DNA of 63,992 nucleotides, filler included, from Stramenopiles sp. TOSAG23-6 (lineage: Eukaryota), in NCBI GenBank assembly GCA_900128565.1. It is 5 parts of 5 records of this genome, joined end to end, with 100 filler letters (N's around TTAATTAATTAA, not from the genome) between each part and the next. Parts side by side here need not be neighbours in the genome. Positions count along the whole stretch, not along the records: positions 40,499 to 53,818 come from LT636169.1; positions 53,919 to 63,992 come from LT636334.1; 3 more parts are not named here. The stretch is one strand, 5' to 3'. Below, one piece after another: positions 43,401 to 56,510 of the stretch; within the stretch, counting starts at the first letter, position 1, and every line of letters begins with the position of its first letter. A program made the translations under genes and the position numbers. Below the pieces are notes generated by a model. The model did not search any database and was not told the origin of the DNA. It saw only the letters and a list, made by a program, of their open reading frames with translations.

Positions 43401-46400
43401 CAGGCATACAACTTTTGAGAGAGCCAAAATGTATTTTCAATGTTTTCTTGGAGCACTTGATTATAAGTCACGTTTGATAGGTCAAGACACAGTTCTCCAT
43501 AAATACTCATCCCAGGATTGAATTCCGACACTGCAAATCCTGTTTTGTAGAAGCCAGAATTTCCTCCTTTGCAATGGGCTTCTTTTGTATGTGTAAGTTT
43601 GTCACGTAACACACAATGACCATTCGTACATTTGTTCTCGGATTTTGCATTTGAATGATCGCTACACTTCCTGATTGAGATGTTTCCTACACCTTGTAAA
43701 AACGTCCCTGAAACAACGCGAACTTCAACATGCTGACTAGTCAATACGCGTGAAATAATGCCTCTTGCCACTTCCTGCCAGGAGTTATCACCAACACAGC
43801 TCTCTTTATTCGCTACACTCTGTGAAATAATAGAATTATTTGTAGAATTACTACAAACTTCTTGAATGAGTACCTCCCCTTTAAAGTAATCTCTAGGCAA
43901 AATAAGACGAAGGGAAATTAATGAAACACCCCAATTACACAAATTTGAACTTAAGCATAAGAACTCTGATTTTTGGTGCTTACAAGAACTATACACATTG
44001 TCTACCTTGCTTATTATTGAATATTCTGAAACATGACTAATAGGCGATGCATCAAATGAAGATATGGTGGCCCTCTTAGTTTTTCCGTGATATGCCAAAA
44101 GCATTCGAGTTTGGCCCTCTCCTGGACCACTACGCAATTTTATTGATTGGCCATTATAAGATCCACTTTCATCGGGCGTCTTGATCCAAATATTCGATGT
44201 TGCAATACAATCACGTTTTTGGAGGGAAATATTTTCAAACTCACTATTTTGGCATGAACCTTCAGCAAGTTGTAAAGATGGGTGTATATAAATTTTAGAT
44301 GGATTGGCACCAGTGGATAGAGGTATTCCCGCAAGTGAAGGGTACACAGTTACTCGGCGAAATCTTGTATAACCTTCGATGTATCGCGACTGGGAAATCG
44401 TAATCTTTCGATTCACAAAATATCCTTCTTCAGTAGTTTCTTTCTGTGAAAGAAAAATCTTCATCGACGAATTTGCACCAAGTGCTATTACCCCATTTAT
44501 ATGTGGCGTGTTAGGAGAAGAATCAATTGAAGGGGCAATAGAGTATCTAGCAGATCTAAGATTTCCAACACCCCCAATAGGAACAAATGGTAATTTAGCA
44601 TCAAGTGTTACTCTTCGATCGCTAGTATACTCCGTTATAGTTCTCATTTCACTAATAGTGATATATCGACCATCATAATACCCACCAATTGGTGGGTTTG
44701 TATTATCTAAATAAAAACTAGTTGATGAATTATTCAACTCTGCCTGAACATCATAAGATGACTCATCCTTTGTCTCAAGTATTTTAATGTTGTTGCTACC
44801 AGGAACTACTATTTTATCAATACTAGGCAAGAGACAAGTTCCTTTTTTTAAATCCGATGAAAAGCTCTGTGACACTGCTATGACAATCGCCTCTTGACAC
44901 ACTGAAGGACTAAAGTTTCCAAGAATATTGTAAATCTTTCCAAGATAAACTGGATATACATCTTCTGTAACTTTTACATCAACAACCCGAATAATTTTAT
45001 CTTGTTTGAAGCTTCCAAACGAAGCTGCCATCATTGTTAAAGATTTATTATTGTAATTAGACCATGAAGTAAGTAAAGTAATGCTATCACCGACTTTGTA
45101 CCCCATTCCTTGTTTTCGCAATACACATGATACAATACTGCCATTTGAGATAACAATGTCAAATCTAGCCCCACTTCCAGTACATATGCCTAGTGGTCTA
45201 CTACATGTACTTTCAATATCCTGATACATTCCTTCCTTCAATGAAACAATTTGATTCGCTCCAGCGTCGTCTGTCATGGATATGGAGACAATTTTACCAC
45301 TTCCATCATGTGGAGCTATATTTTGCGCAAAAATCATGTCACCAACAGAAAAGGTTTCTCTCAGAGAAATATTTTCACCTGCATCATTTTTATTACATGC
45401 TGGGAGAAGTTGAAATTCTGATGAATAATCACGCCCACTGTTCCAAGTGTATAGTTTATCACACATAGTATCTTCTATCTTATCTCCACAGTAAACTCTT
45501 TTTTTCATCCATGACCCATACTCTTTTTTACACGTGCCTTCTGTTCCCCCAACACAAGCGAGTTCAGCACAACCTGAATTATTATCACCAACCCAGTACT
45601 TTTGACCATCGGGACAAGTGCATTCGCCACCCCAGTTACCAGCATCTGGAGCATAAGTATGATACGTATTTTCATGGAAAAAGGTATTTGTTTTGCAGTT
45701 CATTTTCTGCTCTTCAAAGTATCCCAACTTTACTAAATCACCAATGCGTATAATGGGTTGTTCTTTTACTTTTATGAACTCACCTGAAGGATGTCGATAG
45801 AGAATACCACGCATATTATCGCCTAAACATTCAAGACCTAAAAGTGTATTTTGAGTTCCTTTACTTTGATAAGAGCATATTAGATCTTGGCCAGGTTGAC
45901 AAAAGTTTTGTTGTCCAGATACAGAAACAACTTCAAGAACTAAGTGATCGAAGTGTAGCTTTTCACCAACAGAAAAGTTATCACCGCCAGATAAAATTGT
46001 CACAGTAATATCCCCATCATAGTGTATAGCGAATGCTGCAGATTTATTGTGTTGTGATTCTTTATAATACAATCTTGGAACATCGACGGACATATCATTG
46101 TCAAAATGAGAATCCTTTTCAACGACATAAAATTGTTTATGTATAAGCTGAGAACCTTCGAAGGATACAACGCTAACTTCATATATTCTGGAATCAGATC
46201 CAATACATACAGATCCTTTTAAAGGAAACATCTCTGTAGAGCTCAGATGAAGAACAGAGCGTTTAATTCGTATATTACAGTCCTTTAAACAGTCTTCCTT
46301 TGCTGCACCATATTTGGTCTCATTGCAATCAGTTGAACATTTTTCTGGATAAAAATCGTTTCCACTCACAGATTTCATAACGACAGCAGTAGCATCATCA

Positions 46401-49400
46401 ACAAATACTTGTGAGAAGCAAGGCATATTACGTCCTATTTCAGGAAGTATACACATGCCCTCAGTTAAAATGATTGGTTCCAACGACGAATCCCATACAT
46501 CATTGTTTTCTGTGCCACGAACAACTTTGATTGTTTTTGTATTTTTAACATCACCAGATGGAAGAATAGTTCCTATTAATCTTCCATCTGCCGCATAAAC
46601 AGTGCTCTTTGTATTGTTTCCAAAGTTTGTGATAAATGATGAATCTGCATCTATTTCAATCTCAACATCCTGGCTAAGTGCCTGGGTAATTCGAATTATT
46701 TTGCCGGATCCACCATTACCAACAAATTGTGAATCTAAGATTATGGTATCACCAACATTATAACCACTGCCTCTATTTTGTAGCAAAATTTCTTTCATGT
46801 CCCCCCCCTCAATATTTACATTAAAAGTAGCACCTGTACCATTACCGCTTGATGTAGATGGAACATTGCGTACTTCAACTTCTTTTACTTTAATATAACC
46901 TATACCTTGTCCAACTACTTCAGGTTGTAATGAAATTTGATCATCTGTATCATATCCTGTCCCTGGTTTGCTTAATATACATGTAGTGACACTACCATCT
47001 GATGAAATCTCTAAGTCAATCGTAGCGCCAAATCCAGTACACCCTACACATGATGTCTCTACTGATTTATACTCTCCTGGAAAAAAACCAGTCATGGCAT
47101 CACTTTGAATTTTCTTAATTGTCCCAGTATATCCGTTCCCTTCACCAAGTATCTGGATGGCTTTAATAGGACTATATTGAAGAGTTACTTCATGCTTAAT
47201 TCGAATATTTGTGTAACAGACATTACCAATTTTGCCAGTAACTTCTTCACTGTAATCTTGAACTATTCCCGATGGAAAAACTCCTTTCACATTAATTTCA
47301 GTTTTCATTCGTATAGCTACATTATAATCGCGCGATGGAAGTAGTTTTAATTTTTTATCAGGGAAAATAAATTGCATTGACGCTGCATCATAATTTAAAT
47401 GAGTAAAGTTTAGTTCTGGGTATGACAAAGTGTCATAAAGACTATTATCAAAAATCTGTGCAGTAACTTGATACATATTTTGAATGTCCTGGAAATCGAT
47501 TGCACCACCATTACGTTTATTCCAGCTTGGAAAGGATACATTTGTTTCAAAAGGCACATTTCCCATACCATGATGAACTATTTTCCACTCTGACTCACTG
47601 GAAAATGACTCACACGAAGTTCTATCTGGCAATCCATATTTCCATTCACCATGCACTGCATTTTCATAGGTTTTACCAATATGCCACCAATCGTTACATG
47701 CGCGGCGGCGACGGTTTAGTTTTGTTCCCTTTTCATACCACTTTCCGATAGGATTTTCTGTCTCACACTTTGTCTTGTCTGTAGAATTTGGAAGATGGAG
47801 TCCAGAATCTTCTCTAATACATGTATTTTCGACTACACGGCAAACATCTGCTATTGATTCATATTTTTGTTCTCCATAATTTGCAATACATGAATAATGT
47901 GCCCCACATCTCGTCAATGGAACATCTGGCGCAATATTACAAAATGAGCCTGTAAATCCACCTGTACAATGACAATCACCTAATGTTATACTAGTCGGGC
48001 TAACTGTTACATTGCCAGTGGAAAGTTCAATTATAACATCCTCATTCTGGACAAATGCCCCAGCTAGTATCGCCACAATAATTTCACTAGTTTCGCTAAC
48101 AGACGAAGATGGGTGAATTTCTCCATATGCGCGTGAGTTGGTTTGCCTTACAACTGCGCCTATGTGATAAATCGAGTTTGAAAGCCCTTTCAATGTAATT
48201 ATTTCAAAATATCCGTTGTCACAGCAAGATTCTTCATCTGAGCATGGTGATATTTCACAAGATGTACCAGCGTATGTTGGAGCAAGAGCATTAGACGTAA
48301 TTGGTAGACATATACAGTCTTCAGGATTTTCAATAATTGGTGTACCAAATTCTAATAAATCATGACAGGTGCCGACAACTTTAACAGGGATGGCATCATT
48401 GATGGTTATAGCATTAGGTGCTGGAAATGTTCGCTGATTGCTTGAACTAAAACTTATAGTGATAGGCCCAATCAAATTTCCACGTGTCACAGTGAAAGAT
48501 TTAGTGGCATTGGAATTTTGCCACACTAACCCTTCATTCGATGAAGTCGTTATCACTGTACCTGAGCCACCGCTACCTGATAATTGCCATGTTAATGTCC
48601 CCGTCACTTCCTGAGGTGGAGATATGTTTATATAATTTGATTTCTCGTTGATATCTAGAGACCTAGGGACACCACTAATTACAGTAGAAACAGTTTCATC
48701 AATAGTGACAAGTTTTGGCGTAGATAGCTGACCCAAGTCACTTGAAATAAATGATATGTGTATTGGGCCTAGAGTCTTGCCGCGTTTTACCTGCAATTCT
48801 TGGATTTCCATAGAATTCGTCCACTGAAACCCTTCATTTCCAGAAGGCATTGTAGATCCATTTAGCAGAATCTTTTGTGCTAACACAGTACGCAAAATTG
48901 CATGAGAATATATTTCATCCCCCGGGGCTATGTGTGTGAGTAATTTGTCCAGAGTTATTAAACCTCCGTTCATGTTTTGAATATGACCAATTGAAGTCCC
49001 ATCATGTCGATACAGCCAATTTCCCTGTTATAATTAAATAGATAAAATAATGAATTTAAGTTAGAAAATTACAACATTATACAAATGAATATACAAAATT
49101 AAAACTATTAATATGCTGACTTACGACACTTAATTTTTGAATTGGATTACTTTGTACAGTAATTGTATCCCCCAAAAAACTTTGTATTATAATACCAGTC
49201 CTTCCTTGTTCGCCAAGAACTCTTTTGAATAAGTATTGGTGGTGTTTCAGTGGAAGAAGCGTCTTTTCACTTGTAAAAGTAAGGCTTCTACTTGTAACAC
49301 CAGCTAATATTCCAATTTCACGACCAGTCTCCTCATATACACGATCACCAACTTTAAAATGTAAATTTGCATCAATCATATTCACACTAATACTTTGAGT

Positions 49401-52400
49401 GCCTTTGTCATAATCACCCCCAATAACTTTTAATGAAGCCTCGCTTCCTCCTTCATCACCAATTATGGATGGCAAAAAAGTACAATTACCAGGATCTACA
49501 ATAGTGAAACCAAAAGTATTTACCGCTTTATTAATTGTTGCTGTCGAAGTATTATCTCCTATTGATACACAATGTATCCAACTTATTTTATTAATTTGAG
49601 ATGACATCCAAACTAAAGATACTGGATTTGAATTCCAATTGTTCAGTTTTTCAGTGCAATGTGTACCACTTTTATGTTTACTATCAATTGATGTTTCGTG
49701 ACCCGGAGCTCCACATACAGGTTCTACCGTATCCTCACTATCCGCAAGAAAACACAGCCATGCTCCATTTTTACCACCCATAAAAAATATCCGACCATTC
49801 ACCAGAAGATTTGTAGGAGATGCTGTAACAACTGTACCTTGTACAGATGCAGTCAATGTTTGATTTCGCTTCTTTTTAGAACTACTTATAGAGTCATTCT
49901 TATCAATACAATGAATCCAACTGATATTTGTTTGATCAGTATTTGTCCATTGCAAAACCAGTGGATCTAAACTCCAGTCTTGTTTAGAATGTGTGCAGAT
50001 ATTGACACCTTTCATATTGCTCTTTATTTCATGTACTTTCACAATTTGACTTGGTTCACCACATATTGCATCTCCGGGATCAGTGGTGTCATGGATATAG
50101 CACAACCAAGCACCATTGACACCACCAGTAAAGTTAATATACCCTCCTTCAACAAGCTCAGTAGGATTTGCAATGATTTCAACAGGTTTTTCTGGTTTTG
50201 TTAAAATCATTGAATGTATCACTGTCACTATAATCTTCATTTCAATGTAGTGATTGACGTGATTGCTTGACAGAAATAAAACATCGCCTTTAGCATACTC
50301 CTTCCCATTTTGATTAACAGAATAACTTGTCAAATTACCTTCAGAAAATGTCAGATTTAGAGTTGCACCAGAACCTGTACACGCCCCTGAGGACCGAAAA
50401 CACATACAAGGAATATCTGTGTAGGTATCTGTACCTGAGTACTTACTCTGAAAGTTTTCAACTGTAATCGATTTGATTGGTCCTACAGGAGGCGATGAAT
50501 TGTCATCCACTGATGAACAGTGTCTAAAACTTAAATTTGTTTTGCTTGCATCGGTCAATGTGAAAGAAAGCGGCTGCGTCTCCCAGTTTGGTTGACGACT
50601 TGTACAAATCACTTGGTTTGTTCCAATGGATTTTACTGTCCCAGGAAGACCACACTCTGGTGTAAATGTATTCTGTTTGTCTGCAGTTATGCACATCCAT
50701 GCCCCGTTTTTTCCCCCGTAAAAATAGACATAACCATTTTGCACAACAGATGTTGGCATTGCCGTTAGTATCACTCCTTTCGCCAGTGTATTTATGCGAT
50801 GATTAATAGATTTTTTCAAGTTGCTACTTTTATCATTAATTCTTGTACAGTGAATCCAACTTAAATGATTTTGCTTGATATCTTTCAATTTCAATTTGAT
50901 CGGGATCATAGACCACGAATCTTGTATAGCCGTGCATATATTTGTATTTTCTGTTTCATCTTTTATTTCGTATATTGGATTAACTGCTCCCGGTGCTCCA
51001 CAATGAGCCGCCATTGCTACAGTTTTACTGTGAGAATAGCAAAGCCACCCACCATTTTTACCACCAGAAAAACTGACATGGCCAGCTTCAACAACAATTT
51101 CAGGATCAGCAGTGATTACAACTGCTGAGGGAATACTACCCCCAGCATTCACAGAGTAAATAACTTGCGGTTTTACTGAGCATTCTTCACCCTTTTTTTC
51201 TTGGATTACAAAGTTTCCTGAACTGTAACCACTGCCACCATTTGTAACCTCGACATCAACAATTTTACGACCTTCCACCTGGATACCTGTTGGTAGCAAT
51301 GTTGTTGGGTTATAGTAAAATAGACGATCACCATCAAAGATGTTTTCCATGCGATTACGAGTTAAATGAATTGTTTGGGTGTTATTTTCGTCGTCAATTG
51401 CAAAAGTACCAGTGATTGTCTTCACAATCCCTATATCAACGCCTGGGTTCTCACAATTTTCATTTGAAATACATTTATATATATGATTACCTGACTTGAA
51501 GAATATTGTAGCATCGGCACCTTTCACATGAATTTCTATTCCTTCAGAATCTGTGAAGCCAGACTTCGAAAGACCATCTTTTTGAACAATTACCCCAGTT
51601 GCTTCAATATGACCAAAGTCCAATGTTTTGTCTGAAACATAGCTTGTAACACCTATATCTTCACCGAATTCATCATATACATTTTGTCCTACGTCAAAGT
51701 ATGTTTTTGCGATATTTTGACTAGACACGCCGATTCTATTTGATCCAATATTTACAGCATTATCTACAATTAAGTCAGTTGTTATACCAAGACCGCTTAT
51801 GGACCATGAAAGCTTTGCTGTGAATGCTTCTAAATGAGCAGGAATAATATATATCGGTTTTGACAATTCAGATATACCAAGCGAACTTGGTACATTTTTT
51901 ATTGTGACAGTTTTTGCTTTGTCAAATGTGATAGTATCAGGGGGACTTAAGTATTCGGGATCTGAAGCGATAAAATTTACCATTATTGGCCCTATTTTTG
52001 CACCTCGTTGAATTTTAAACACGTGCGATGAGTTTAAATCTTTTTCCCATTCAAATTTAGATGCACTGGCATTTTCTTGTGGAATTAACTTTGTATTGCT
52101 GTCAACACCAGTTCCAGAGAGTACCCAACTAAGAGAACTAGATGTAACTGGATTAGAACGAGTTTGTAGAGTAATATCGCTTGAAATTGAATTTACCTTC
52201 AAACTTCTCGCTAAACCCGCGTCACATATTAGGCCACTTGCACACTCTTCACTAGTGAAACATGGGCCGTTCAATGGAACACTGCAAATATTGCTATTAT
52301 CGCATTCTAAACCTTCATCGCAAATGTAACCTTCCTTAGAGCAATCAAAACCAATTGAACCTACACAAAAGTGCATGTTTGAATGTAATTTATACCCTTT

Positions 52401-53729
52401 TCCACAACTACATGTATAGCTTCCTGGTGTGTTTGTGCATTCATCGGTACATGGTAGATGATCATATCTCTGATCTGAGTCATATTCACATGTTCCCTCT
52501 GGAGATAAAATTCCATTGTATGGACATTTTGTGCAAATACCAGCAGTTTTATCGGCATTTGAACCAGAACATTCTAAGCAGCTACTATGGCATTGAATTG
52601 GACTCGGATCAATACATTCATTGACATCGACGCACTCAGGATATTTTTGTAGACCTTTCGAAAAGAACCCATGAGTTGGCAATTGGTGGTACCATCCAAG
52701 GTGGCATTTCAAATGGGGTACAGTGTACATTTTTTTCCCATGCTTTGGGATCAATTTTCCAGCAGTTGACTGTCCAATACATAATGACGCTTTATATGTC
52801 ACGGTTGTTACTTTTCCCAGCGATATTTCTTTTGTAGAGTTTTCAAGATAAGCGCCTTCTGCAAATTCTTCAAATCCTGTCTGGATAACGTTAATATCAA
52901 GATATTTATTATTAGCATCTTGTGAATGTGTAACGACTTCTGCTAATTTCCCAATAGCACCGTACTTCGTAGGTGAGCTTTGGATAATTGTATCCCCAAT
53001 TGAAATAGTTGTTTGCGAATCTTTTCCGTATGAAATGCCCACCATCTCTGCATGATCCCCTCCGACTGAAATCTCAAAGCCTATACATTCTTGTGTTGTT
53101 TCGCACTTTCTACGACACTCCAGGATTGTTCCTTCGATACTAAACAATGGAGCATTTGATGAGGAGTACACATAATTATCTTCTGTGGAAGACCATTGAA
53201 ACCTAGTTCGATAAGGTCCATCCCTGTAATACGATATTTCCTGATCTAGAACGGCCTTTGAATTCACTGGGGGTGGCATTATATAACCATTATTTATGTG
53301 GGGAACTCTACATAATTTAGAAAATGCATCATGATTGAGCTCTATTCGTGAATTTGGAAGAGGTGTGTATCCTAAGGGACAATCCATACACTCTATATCA
53401 CACCACGAGTGTTTACAAATATATAATACCTCACCGAGATCACACCGACCACAAGTTGTATTACATATACTTCCACAATCAACACCAGTTTCATTTTGAT
53501 TTTGTATACGATCATTACACGAAGGGTCAACTGGAGTGACAAAAGATAGTTTTGGGGACAAAAGCTGATTTGTAGCACAATATACACCATAGCGAGTCCT
53601 CGCCGCAAAAAAAGAAATACCTGTAGGACTCCCAACATCGTTTTCGAGTGATGTCACTGGTTCATTTGCCTGGAAAAGATCTTCAGTCAATATTATTACT
53701 TCTGTACCAGTAACAGATTCCGCTACCAT
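40499..53729 (-). CDS. Giant (>4350 aa) extracellular-type mosaic protein with EGF-like, FN3-like and beta-rich repeats; both ends likely incomplete; one intron
   Basis: CVDVNEC, CTNTPGSYTCSCGKGY, CHCTGGFTGSFC, PSPPRN..W..PYDGG. Two long ORFs join through a canonical intron. Confidence 0.85.
49025..49124 (-). other. Canonical GT-AG intron
   Basis: gtc|GTAAGT...CTAAC...TAACAG|gga aat, phase 0, in frame. Confidence 0.85.
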
Positions 53730-53818
53730 CCCATGCCTTTCGCCTTGATAGATATTCTGACCTTTGGTATATCTGAATTGTCAAAACCGATATATATTAT
53801 TCCTGCTCATTTAGAAGC

Positions 53819-53918
53819 NNNNNNNNNNNNNNNNNNNNNNNNNNNNNNNNNNNNNNNNNNNNTTAATTAATTAANNNNNNNNNNNNNNNNNNNNNNNNNN
53901 NNNNNNNNNNNNNNNNNN
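53819..53918. other. Artificial contig linker
   Basis: N + TTAATTAATTAA + N. Confidence 0.97.
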
Positions 53919-54008
53919 TTTCAAAAAAAAAAAACTAAAATTTGTTAGGTACAAAATTTCGTACGAAAAAAAAAATTCGATTTTTTGTAAAAAAAAAATA
54001 AAACATAC
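53919..54008 (-). other. Family intron (3' end cut by gap)
   Basis: cat|GTATGTTTT...TTTTGTACCTAAC. Confidence 0.75.
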
Positions 54009-56164
54009 ATGCTGTTGTTCCCAAGGTGGTAAATATTGTTCTGTCATGGCAATTTTTTCACGTTCTTTTCGACGACGCAGGTACTGTGAAAAAATATGTT
54101 TTCCGTTTGAAATTCGTTAAGTTTGTACTAAAATTGGATTACTTACATTGGAATGATAGAATTAGGTACAAAAAAAAAACACATTTAAAATTAAACCGGA
54201 CAAAAGCGTACAAGAAGATAAGACGTTTTAAACAAAAATTGTGAAGTACAAAATTTTGTACGAGAAAATATCAATTTGAAATTAAAGCGGACAACGTACA
54301 ACCTCTCATTAGCTTGTTTCACAATATCAGGATGCGGTGAACTAATGCTTACACCATTCATACTATCATACTGCACTGAAGGCTCCTTTGAATTATTTGA
54401 GCGCATTTGTATCACATGTATTCCTATAAATAAAGTGCAACAAGGGCAAATTATATGTTGAATGTCAAAGTTCCATTTGTCATGTGAAATTGTTCAAGTA
54501 TTGTGAAAAAATATTTGAAATTCAACTTTTTTGTTAGGTGTAAACTTCAGTATAAAAACAAAAAATAGGTAAAAAAAATCAATTTTGAAAATGTACGCTT
54601 CACATCCGATGCACCAACACAGCGACCATCGCCAATGCAGTAAGTATTATAACTATCTTCGAGAGACACATTAACTAATGGTGACTTCTGTGATGATACA
54701 CTAAGCCTTTCTTTATTTAATGCACTGTATCCCGCAATACTTTGTACTCTACAAATCGTATGCTCACAAGCACTGCAGCATAGCATTGCACTGGTAACAT
54801 TTTGACCTATTTCAAATGCAAGATTCCGACCAAGAATATTTTGATGTTCACAAGGATGTGAGCCACGAAGTAATGGATACTGTGATTTATTCCGCGCTTT
54901 CTGAATTGACTTTTTCAATGCCTGTCGGTGAAGTCGATTTGCTCGATTGAAATATTTGGACATGAGCTCTCTACTTACCATTCGTTCTCTTCTCTGACGA
55001 CGTAGAAGTCGTCCATATAAAACATGAGCCATCGCACGGACATAGATTGTAAAAAATAGTAAGAAAAAAATTGTTAGCTAACCCTAATCCTAACCCAAAA
55101 GAATTTCATACAAAAAAAAATTTCAAAAAAAAAAATCAATTTTGAAAACGTACTCTGTCGACTATACCTACATTATTATTGTTATTGTTTCGCCCTCGTC
55201 TTACTACTGCAGCGCTAAGATTAATGGGCGCTGTTTTTTGAAAAAATATTTTAGAAAAAAAATCATTAGGTACAAAATTTCGTACGAAAAAAAATTCGAA
55301 ATTGAAAAAAAAATAAAACATACCTGGAGGCTCCGGTGTTTCTAATCTCAGATCTTCTTCGTCGTCCGAAAAAGCAGCGGTTAAAAGAATAGGGACTTGC
55401 CACCTGGATGACTCAGATTCGATTTCATCAACATTTGATGGAATATTTGATGGAACATTTAATTGAATATTTGATGGAACATTTGATTGAATATTTGATG
55501 GAACATTTGACTGCTCACTTGGTATCGTATATATATTATGTGGAATAGTAGTAGAATTTCTATATTCTTCATGTTCGATATGAATTTCAGTTGGAATAGT
55601 ATGAATAGGATTTACAACGTCATTTGGTTGAATTACAAGCATATTATCTGTTGTATTTTCTCCTACGTCGATCATTTCCTCAACGTCAATTGAATTTTCT
55701 TTAGACTCCGAGACACTTTGATTTGATACTACGCCATCAAATTCAAATATCCTACTTTGATTCAAATTAGTCGATTCTCTATTATCAAAAAATATCACAG
55801 GCAAGTGTTCAATGTTGCTATCCATGTTCCCCCCGTTATTCATAGAGCAACCAGCAGGAGTTGGAGTTGCTGCTCTAGAATTGGGTCCTCTTATAATATC
55901 CATAGGCTGATTCCAGTGATTATTTTCAGAACTGGTAGCCCCACCTCCTTGTTCCGAGCTGAAACCATTCATTTGAACTTGATGAACGCGTGGATTTGTA
56001 AAGATATTCGTGGATAAGCTGTTAGTACTGGGTTCTATTACAGCTGCACCGTTCAATTCTTGTACAGTTGATGGGTCTCTCCTGAGCGGTATTAGCAGAT
56101 TTCTCTGAACTACTTCTTCATCATTTGATGAAATGGCAATAACAGGATCAGAATCTTTCCCCAT
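54009..56164 (-). CDS. Protein with disordered N-terminus and Yippee/Mis18-like Zn-binding region (3' truncated); exons 56164-55324, 55230-55154, 55041-54597, 54495-54300, 54078-54009
   Basis: CSACEHTIC...HIICPCCTLFIG pair. All exon phases join consistently. Confidence 0.6.
54079..54299 (-). other. Expanded family intron, GT...CT
   Basis: tt|GTACGTT...TTTTCACAGTACCT|g cgt. Contains more than one partial core copy. Confidence 0.65.
54496..54596 (-). other. Family intron, GT...TT
   Basis: aag c|GTACAT...CCTAAC...TTTTCACAATACTT|ga aca. Confidence 0.72.
55042..55153 (-). other. Family intron, GT...AT, with telomeric insert
   Basis: aga|GTACGTTTT...GGGTTAGGATTAGGGTTAG-CTAAC...TTACAATCTAT|gtc. 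Confidence 0.72.
55231..55323 (-). other. Family intron with canonical GT-AG ends
   Basis: cc ag|GTATGTTTT...GTACCTAAT...TTCAAAAAACAG|cg. Confidence 0.8.
55430..55511 (-). repeat. Exonic tandem repeat (SNVPSNIQ)
   Basis: ATTTGATGGAA(C/T) units with 12/24-bp period. Confidence 0.8.
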
Positions 56165-56510
56165 ACTTTAAATACTGATCAAAACTATAGGTAATGTATT
56201 CCCGTTGCTGTTGTTCGAAAAAAAGAGGTATTATATACCTTTCGAACAATATAATAGAATAAAGTGAGATGCGTTTAACGAATGTGAAGAAAGTTCCTCG
56301 GTCAAATACCGATTTTTTATTAAGTACGAAAATTCGTAGTAAAAAATTAACTAGTGTCCTTGATTGACACGATTGAATTGATTCTGAATTGATTAAATTG
56401 AGATTATTTTTTCATTTTTTTTTGAGGCGTTTCGGGAAGTAATTCATCGATTTGGTGTGATTGGCATGATAGTTCTATAATTTTGTGTGGAATTATCGCC
56501 ATTATATTGG

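Noticed and set aside
53764-53818. 55-bp inverted copy of 51826-51880 at a contig end
   Set aside because: Exact, nearby, inverted and terminal: typical of an amplification or assembly chimera rather than a transposon end.
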